The position numbers and the translations under genes are program-made. From Chiloscyllium plagiosum (taxonomy: Eukaryota), in NCBI RefSeq assembly GCF_004010195.1, contig NC_057752.1, positions 7,586,740 to 7,629,620 of the forward strand: a stretch of 42,881 bases of DNA, given 5' to 3'. Below, one piece after another: positions 35,382-42,881 of this stretch. The first letter of the stretch is position 1, and each line of letters opens with the position of its first letter. Under the pieces are notes generated by a model. The model made no database searches. It saw only the letters and a list, made by a program, of their open reading frames with translations, and had not been told where the DNA came from.

Positions 35382-37434
35382 TTTTGTTTTAATCTCTCCC
35401 TTGCACTACCACCTAACTGCAGTAGTGCTTATTTTTCCCCAGCACCCATGTTGTGGTTGTGCAGGTGTGAGACGCAGTGAAGAACAACAAGTGCGTAAAT
35501 CTTTCTTTATAATCTAGCGCCAGGAAGAAAGGGAACACCAGTGTGGCCAGTGACGAGCAGTGCCCATCTCATCAAAGGGCAATGCTGTGTGATCAAAAAT
35601 GTGAAGGGGAGGCCAGGGATTAAATTAAGAGTTGGAGGGGGAAACACACACTCCACTCCCCGTGGTGCCCACCTCTCCCTGAACAGCTCAAGGGTGCTGA
35701 TAGATACCGTGTACTCCTTCTTTAGGGACCCTTGGGCTTGAACGTAACCGCGGAAGAGGGGCAGGCACTTGGCCATAACGACACCCTCCAATGCCCGCTG
35801 CCTGAACCTGGTTATGGCCAGTTTGGCCAGGCCCAGGAGCAGACCCACGAAGACATCTTCTGACCTGCCCTCTCCCCTCTGTACCGGGTGCACAAAGATC
35901 AGGAGCATGAGACTGAGCATCCTCCAACTGATGCTATATGTCAGGTCCAAGCACCGCCATTTTAAGGCATCGAACAGCACAGGCCACGAACAGGACATCT
36001 GCCCTGCTCATTTTATCCTGCGGCAGCATCCAGCCCAGCCCCCCTGCCACCCAGCATCTCCCCGACCCCGGTCACCGTTACCGCCACGGCCCTCCCCTCC
36101 AACAGCCACTCGAACCCGCGAGTACGGAGGTGTGCTTTCCTGAGCAATGGCTCCCTGATGACAGCCGCTACTCCTGTCTGAGGGTAGGCACAATGCGATT
36201 CGGCCATGTTCCAGACAGCGATCAGGTCCTGGTAAAAGGCAGCATGCTGAGACCAACCTCCAAACAATCGCATTCAATAAACAGGAGCTGTGTGCCATAG
36301 TTGAGGCGACGCACCTGGCGGAAAAAGTACGTCACCAGGGCGCACCATCTAGGAGGAGGCTTAAAGTAAAGGTATCGCTGCAAGGTCTGAAGACGTAAAG
36401 TCGCTACCTGGGTGCGAACGCACCCCAGTGACTGACCGCCCTCCTCAATAGGGAGACTCAGGACGTGCATCAGCAACCCAGTGCATCCTTTTGGCCCAGA
36501 AGAAGTGAACCAGCATTCTCCGGATGTCAGCGACAAACCCAGGAGGAGGGACCAGAGGGACCAGCCAGTACCACAGCATGGCAGCCACCTGCTGGTTTAT
36601 GACCAACACTTGACTCCTGTAAGGCAGAACTCTGAGCAGTCCTGTCCAGCGGCCTAGGCGAGGCAAGACCTTGGCTTCTAGCTCCTGCCAGAATTCCTCA
36701 GCCGGGCTGAGGTAGATCCCCAAATAGAGGAGATGGGTGGTACTCCAGCTGAATCCCCGTAACTCCTCTGGTAGAGAGTCCACCCTCCACGGACTGACCA
36801 GTCATCCAGAACATTTGGCCCAGTTGATCCTGGCGGAAGACGCTGCCAAGTACACGGCCTGGCACTCACGGATCCTCCCCAAGTCAGCCAGGTCGGTGAA
36901 AGTAAGGAGCACATCATCTGTGTAAGCTGAGAGGACCACCCCCGTGCCCGCACCGCCCAGAACCAGCCCCGACAACCTCCTCCGCAAGAGGCACAGGAAC
37001 GGCTCCATGCACAAAGAATACAGCTGGCCTTGACGTACACCTCTCCCAAAATGAAGGGGCGCCATCGGGGACCTATTAACTTTAACCAGGCACTCTGCGG
37101 TGTACAAAAGTTGGATCTGGGCGACGAACTGTGTCCTGAGCCTGAATGGCTGCAGAGTCCCGAGTAGATACTCATGAATCGGCCCCATTGAATGCCGCCT
37201 TCTCATTGAGTCAGGGAGGCGTTCAGCAGACTAGCCCATTGACCGGTGGATCAGGTCCCAGACCAGATGGACGTTGTCATGTACCCTCCGGCCTGGGACC
37301 GTGTAGGACTAGTCTGGGTGAATCATGTGGGCCAGCACAGATGCCAGGTGAGAAGCCAACACCCTGGCGAAAATTCTGGAATCCGTGCCAAGGAGGGAGA
37401 CCGGATGCCAGTTCTTTAGTGAACGAAGGTCCCT
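35382..37434 (-). mobile_element. 5'-truncated Tx1-clade LINE (RT, C-terminus, 3' UTR) with TSD
   Basis: FGRGVRQG..LYSLCMEPFL..SAYTDDVL..ASSARINWAKC; YLGIYL; LSLPIEEGGQSL; LLLGLAKLAI..FRERWAPRGV. TTTAGGTTTGTA repeated at 35370-35381 and 37435-37446. Confidence 0.93.
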
Positions 37435-38169
37435 TTTAGGTTTGTAAGAAGTACTGAATAAATTGTTGTTGGATCAGGGGACACCGAGCTATTGGGGTTA
37501 AGAATTACTACAAAAAAGGGTGGTTTGTCGAGTGTGGACGAGATTGAGCCATAATTGTTTGCCCAAATGAACAGTGTTGCTACCAGGCTTGACATGAACC
37601 ACGTGAGGTGAATAGCAAACCTCAGCTATTTTGAATCTTCCCTCTTCCCAACTGAATTGAAAGGAAACACAATTCAAAATGCTATACATTAGAAAATTGA
37701 ATAACATGGCTTGTAGATCACAATCAATGTAGTTTGTAACAACCATTGATCATTTTCTAGCCTGTAATTTCAAGACATACCACAACCATTCAAGCTAATT
37801 TAAAGTGTTAAATAATAAAGAGCAAATGGTTTAAGATCCCTTGAGTGACATTTTGTAGAATGGAATCCTGATAAATCCATTTGGTTTGCCAAGTACCGCG
37901 ATTATTATTAGAGTTGGAAGTAAGAATGGCTCTTTAATGGGACTGATGGAAAATTCTTCGTGATGTTACAAATGATCTTCAGCATGAAACTAATTTGAAA
38001 ACTTCCATGCATTACTGAGTATCTCAGAACCATTAACTCTGTCCAGTTCCTGTTCAATTTTTGCTCCTTCTGATTAATCTACTGACCAACAGACTAATTG
38101 GAGTTGGTTACAAAAGCTGTAACATGATAGAAGTCACAATTGAAAGGGTGGCTGAAAATCCACTGAAAT

Positions 38170-38820
38170 TGAGGTAGTTGGTTAGCTCACTGAGCTGCTG
38201 GGTTATCATGCAGACATTTCATTACCATGCTGGGTACCATCATCAGTGTGACTTCTGTGAAGCACTGTTGATGTGTCCCATTTGGTTTTTACGTGGTTCA
38301 GTCTGTTGGGATGAGTGTCACTTCTGAGTCTTCTCTAGGTCTATCTCTGTTTGTTGATGGCCTTTTTGGTTGAAAACCAGGCTTCCAAGGACACTCTTGC
38401 ATGTCTCTGGTTGGCCTGTCCGAGAGTGGTTATTTTATCATAGTCAAATTGATGGTTCTCTTGGTCTGTGTGTATGGAGATGAGGGAGAGTGGATCATGT
38501 CGTTTAGTTGCCAGTTGGTGTTCATGAAGTTGGATGGCTAGTTTTCTACCTGTCTGTCCGATGTAGTGCTTGCTGCAGTTGTTGCAAGGGATTTTATACA
38601 CAATGTTGGTCCTGCATGTTGTGGGTATGGGGTCATTAGTCCTGGTAAGTAACTGACGTAGTTTGGCTGTTGGTGTGCTGCCATTATTCCTAGTAGTCAT
38701 AACAGCTGGATATGTTCTTCATTTAGGGTAAGGTGGCCAGTGTAATGGTAGGTATAGTGGCTTCTTGGCGTTGTCTGTTGACAGGCATCAGCAGACGAAG
38801 CTGATGGGCTATCCGAATTT
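38170..38820 (-). mobile_element. Penelope-like element 3' fragment (GIY-YIG), second family
   Basis: ORF 38341..38700 reads NIVYKIPCNNCSKHYIGQTGRKLAIQLHEH..LEAWFS. Downstream motif CTGATGA-TGGTACCCAGCATGGTAAT-GAAATGTC at about 38211-38246. Confidence 0.92.
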
Positions 38821-38821
38821 T

Positions 38822-39006
38822 GAGTTGAAAAATGTGGTGCTGGAAAAGCACAGCAGGCCAGGCAGCATCCGAGGAGCAGGAGAATCGCCGTTTCGGGCAC
38901 AAGCCCTTCTTTCCTGAAGAAGGGCTTGTGCCCGAAACGTCGATTCTCCTGCTCCTCGGATGCTGCCTGGCCTGCTGTGTTTTTCCAGCACGACATTTTT
39001 CAACTC
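38822..39006. repeat. Palindrome of two PLE terminal units (90-bp arms, 5-nt spacer); intact hammerhead core on +
   Basis: 38822-38911 is the reverse complement of 38917-39006 with 3 mismatches. The + strand reads TC-CTGAAGA-AGGGC TTGT GCCC-GAAAC-GTC-GA. Confidence 0.95.
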
Positions 39007-39029
39007 TGGTACTCCAGCATCTGCAGTTC

Positions 39030-41890
39030 TGAGTTTTGAGATGATTTGTAGCTGAGGTCGAGGTTCTGGATATAAGTTTGCTTACTAAGCTGGAAGGTTT
39101 GTTTTCAGATGTTTCGTCACCATGCTAGATAACATCATCGATTATCCTCCAGTGAAGCACTGGTGTTTTTCCCCACTTTCTATTTATGTCTTGGTCTCAA
39201 GGTGGGTGATATCATTTCTGGCCCTTTGTCTCAGTGGTTGGTAAATGGGATCCAAATCAGTGTGTTTATTGATGGAGTTCCGGTTGGAATGCCATGCTTC
39301 TAGGAATTCTCGTGCGTGTCTCTAGCTGGCTTGTCCTAGGATGGATGTGTTGTCCCAGTCAAAGTGGTGTTCTTCTTCGTCTGTATACAAGGATACTAGT
39401 GATAGCAGCAGGTCATGTCTTTTTGTGGCTAGTTGATGTTCATGTATCCTGGTGGCTAGTTTTCTGCCTGATTGTCCAATGTAGTGTTTGTTACAGTTCT
39501 TGCACGGTATTTTGTAAATGATATTAGTTTTGCTTGTTGTCTGTATCGGGTCTTTTAGGTTCATCAGCTGATGTTTAAGTGTTTTGGTAGGTTTGTGGGC
39601 TACCACGATGCCAAGAGGTCTGAGTAGTCATTTCAGAGATGCCTTTGATATAGAGTTTCTAGCTGCGTTGTCTGCTTGTTTAGGTTTGTTGTTGAGAAAT
39701 CGGTGGACTGTGTATATTGGGTATCCGTTCTTCTTGAATATATTGTATAGATATTTTTCTTCTGCTCTTCATAGTTATTGGGTGCTGCAGTGTGTTGTGG
39801 CTCATTGAAATAATGTCCTGATGTAGTTCCGTTTGTGATTGGATTGGATTGAATTGAATTGAATTTATTGTCACGTGTACTGAGGCACAGTGGGAAGATT
39901 TGTCTTGCCGAGCAATGCAGGCAGATCACACAGTTAAGTGGCATAGATAAGTAAATAATAGGTAAACAGCAGCAAAAACAAAAACACAGGTACTGGCGAA
40001 TGTTAAGGGTTTGTGAGTCCATTCAGTATTCTAACAAACAGTAGGGTAGAAACTGTTGCGAAACTGGCTGGTGCGTGTGTCCAGGCCTCTGTACCTTCTC
40101 CCCGATGGTAGAGGTTGTAGTAAAACATTGCCAGGGTGGGATGGGTCTTTGAGAATGCTGGCGGCCTTTCCTTGACAGTGGGCCTGCTAGGTGGATTCTA
40201 TAGATGGGAGGTTGGCCTTAGTGATTGCCCGGGCTGAGTTCACCACTCTCTGTAACAGTCTCCGATCTTGAATGGTACGGTTGCCATACCAGGTAGTGAT
40301 ACATCCAGACAGAATGCTCTCGATGGCGCACCTATAAACGTTGGCAAGGGTATTCGCCGTCATGCCAAATTTCCTCAGCTGCCTGAGGAAGAAGAGACGT
40401 TGTTGGACCTTTGTAACCAGTGCATCCACATGAAGAGTCCAAGAAAGCTTGTTGTGGATGACCACTCCCAGGAGCTTGACATTCTCCACTCGTTCCACCT
40501 CTGTGCTGTTAATGTGGAGGGGGGGCATGATGATTGCTTCTGTAGTTAAGTATTTGGTTCGTGTCTGTTGTTTTTCTGTAGATGCTGGTTTGAAGTTCCC
40601 CATTGACTGTTCGCTCTACTGTGACAACTAGGAATGGGAGTTTGTTGTCGTTCTCCTCCTCTTTTGTGAATTTTATGCCAGTAAGGATATTGTTGATGGT
40701 GTTGTGGGTTTCCTCTAATTTGTTCCATTTTGTTATGACGTCCATGTAGTGGACCCAAAGTTTAGGTTGGATAGTTGGGAGGGCCATTTGTTTGCGTCTC
40801 TGCATTACTGCTTCTGCTAAGAGCCCTAACATTGGTGGGATCCCATGGGTGTTCCATTAATTTGTTTGTAGGTTTTGTTATTTAAATGTGAAGTGGGTGA
40901 TGAGGCACAGGTCTACTAGTTTGACAATGTTATCTCTGCTGATGAAGTTGGTACTGTCTGGTGTGTGTGTCTTTGGTTCTTCTAGTAGTGCAGTCAGTGT
41001 TTTCTTTGGCCAGGTTGATGTTAATTGATGTGAACAGGGCTGTTGCATCAAAGGAGACCATTATTTCAACCTCTTCTATCTTGGTGTCTTTGGTGTTTGG
41101 GAATTCTTGGGTGGAGTGAATGGAGTGGTGTGAGTCGTCTTCTAGGTGTTTTAGTTTTCAGTGTAGTTCCTTGGCCAGTCTATATGTCGGTGCTCCAGGT
41201 AGTGAGATTGTGGGTCTGAGGGGGCTCCTGGTTTGTATACTTTAGGTAGTCTGTAGAAACGGGGTGTGTTGGATCCATCTGGCTTCTTTTTTTGGAATTC
41301 TGTTTTGTTTATTTCTCCAGATTTCTGAAGCCTTTTCAGTAAGGACATGATTCAGTTTTCTAGTTGTGGCATTGCGTCTATCACCGCCTGTTGGTAAGTG
41401 CCAGTATCTGCAGTAGTGAGTTTGCTTTTTCAAAGTAGTCCATTTTGTTTAGAATGACAGTCATGTGCCATTTGTCTGCAGGTAGGATTATAATGTATTT
41501 GTCTTTTTGAGTCTTTCTAGGGCCTTCCTTTCCTGTGTGTTGAGTGTGTTTCCTTCCTTTTTCCTGCTTAACGTTGGTGCAACTGTCTATCTGATGGTCT
41601 GCTGGGTTTATTCTGTGAATCTGTTGTCCTTCACTGTTGATTCTAATGCTACTAGGAAGTCCTTTTTGTCCGCATATCTGTAGTTGTAGTTTAACCCTCT
41701 TACGAAGACTGCTTTTTCTGTATCTATTAGTGGTCAGTCTGATAGGTTTTTGACCCAAGCCTCTGTTGATCTTTTGTGAGTTTGTCCAATTTTACCTGAA
41801 AGGCTAGATTTTTTTCGTGTTGGGTTTGCTGCTGTTTGATGCTTATGGCTTGTTCTAGTGTGTCTGTCCATTCATGGTCTGTCACATGAG
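39030..41890 (-). mobile_element. Long decayed Penelope-like element (RT and GIY-YIG), interrupted by a Rex1/Babar fragment
   Basis: IIILPADK, PRFYRLPKVYKP, MVSFDATALFTSIN, QINGTPMG, IKFTKEEE.DNKLPFL, TSIYRK.T.T; NIIYKIPCKNCNKHYIGQSGRKL. Degenerate hammerhead layout near 39105-39140. Confidence 0.92.
39842..40530 (-). mobile_element. Rex1/Babar-type LINE 3' fragment with (TTCAA/TCCAA)n tail
   Basis: ORF 40187..40603 reads VERVENVKLLGV.I...LSW..H..KVQQRLFFLRQLRKFG..YRCAIESILSGCITTWYGN. AATAAA then a pentamer tail. Possible TSD TGATTG at 39836-39841 and 40531-40536. Confidence 0.85.
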
Positions 41891-42627
41891 TGCATCACGT
41901 TTTTTGGCGTGAAATTTCCCGATTTGTATTTATGGTGTCAGTTGTGGGCAATTCATTGAACAGCGTTACACTCAGAACGTTACACTTTTGAATTAATTGC
42001 AAAGAATGAAATAAAATCAAGGCAGTTAATGGTGTGATTATATTCTGGGACAAAAACACAATGATGTTTTTGAGTAAAAGACTGAATGTCTCCCCATGCA
42101 AAAGCATTTATTTCCTCCTGTGAAAACGACTGTCTAATCAATGTCTTGTTTACCTAGTTCTTCTTTGTGGGAACTGCAGTTCAATGAAACTCATCTTTCT
42201 TTAATGTTGCTCATATCAAATGCAAAGATGCCACTACATTTAATCACCTCTGGATAAAATATTATTACGTCACTCCAGTAATTGCTTTCACTGGTAATTT
42301 GAAAACTTGGTTCCAGTTTTTGAAATTTTCCCTTTTCTCTTTTAATATTCTTTTTCCAGTATTCTTCCTTTCCCTCAATAAAGTTACATAAACCTCAAAC
42401 TTTAAGAACAATCACTTGGATGAGGAATTATAATGTGTGAGCCTAGACTTTATGTGGCTGCAGGTTATTTGGTCATGCTGTGAAACATAGGATTAGCCTA
42501 AATCCACTCTTGTCCTTGCCTAACATTTACTCATGCATATTTTCCATTAGGGATCACTGGAACACAATCTTTTGAGCTGATCGTCTCCGAGTGCCCCAAA
42601 CTGCTCACAGTACTCCAGTGTTTGTCT

Positions 42628-42881
42628 GGAGAAAGTGAGGTCTGCAGATGCTGGAGATCAGAGCTGGAAATGTGTTGCTGGAAAAGCGCAGCAGGTCAGG
42701 CAGCATCCAGGGAACAGGAGAATCGACGTTTCGGGCATAAGCCCTTCTTCAGGAATGAGGAAAGTTTGTCCAGCAGGCTAAGATAAAAGGTAGGGAGGAG
42801 GGACTTGGGGGAGGGGCGTCGGAAATGTGATAGGTGGAAAGAGGTCAAGGTGAGGGTGAAAGGTCAGACTGGGGTGGGGGC
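42628..42881 (-). mobile_element. PLE 3' terminal repeat (runs off window end)
   Basis: Same unit as 18110-18242 in reverse complement. Confidence 0.9.
42717..42756 (-). ncRNA. Minimal hammerhead ribozyme motif, core intact
   Basis: Minus strand reads ATTC-CTGAAGA-AGGGC TTAT GCCC-GAAAC-GTC-GATT. Confidence 0.8.

Noticed and set aside
38813..39044. CCGAATTTTGAGTTGA / CTGAGTTTTGAGATGA as the TSD of the palindrome
   Set aside because: 3 of 16 positions mismatch, more than expected given arm identity, and it overlaps element sequence.

Overview
Vertebrate genomic DNA made up mostly of decayed, nested transposable elements. No host exon or intact gene could be supported. The repeat inventory points to a cartilaginous fish (shark); this is inferred from recalled family motifs, not a database search. 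It includes an HE1-type V-SINE, SacSINE1-like Deu-domain SINEs, HER1-like CR1 LINEs, Tx1-clade L1s, several Penelope-like element (PLE) families, Gypsy LTRs, Harbinger and Rex1/Babar remnants. The most notable signals are: (1) a Tx1-clade element headed by a U2 snRNA 5' fragment lacking the branch-point-pairing bases, sitting outside a U2 locus and with ORF1 fused to ORF2 by a deletion; (2) about ten minimal hammerhead-ribozyme motifs from several PLE terminal-repeat families, including a solo unit and a 90-bp-arm palindrome; (3) a SINE > LINE > PLE nest, with a SINE head also captured in the LINE between 92-bp direct repeats; (4) an unclassified ~1.3 kb tandem non-coding element. There is an assembly gap at 10084-10361. 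Element boundaries are approximate unless a target site duplication (TSD) is given.
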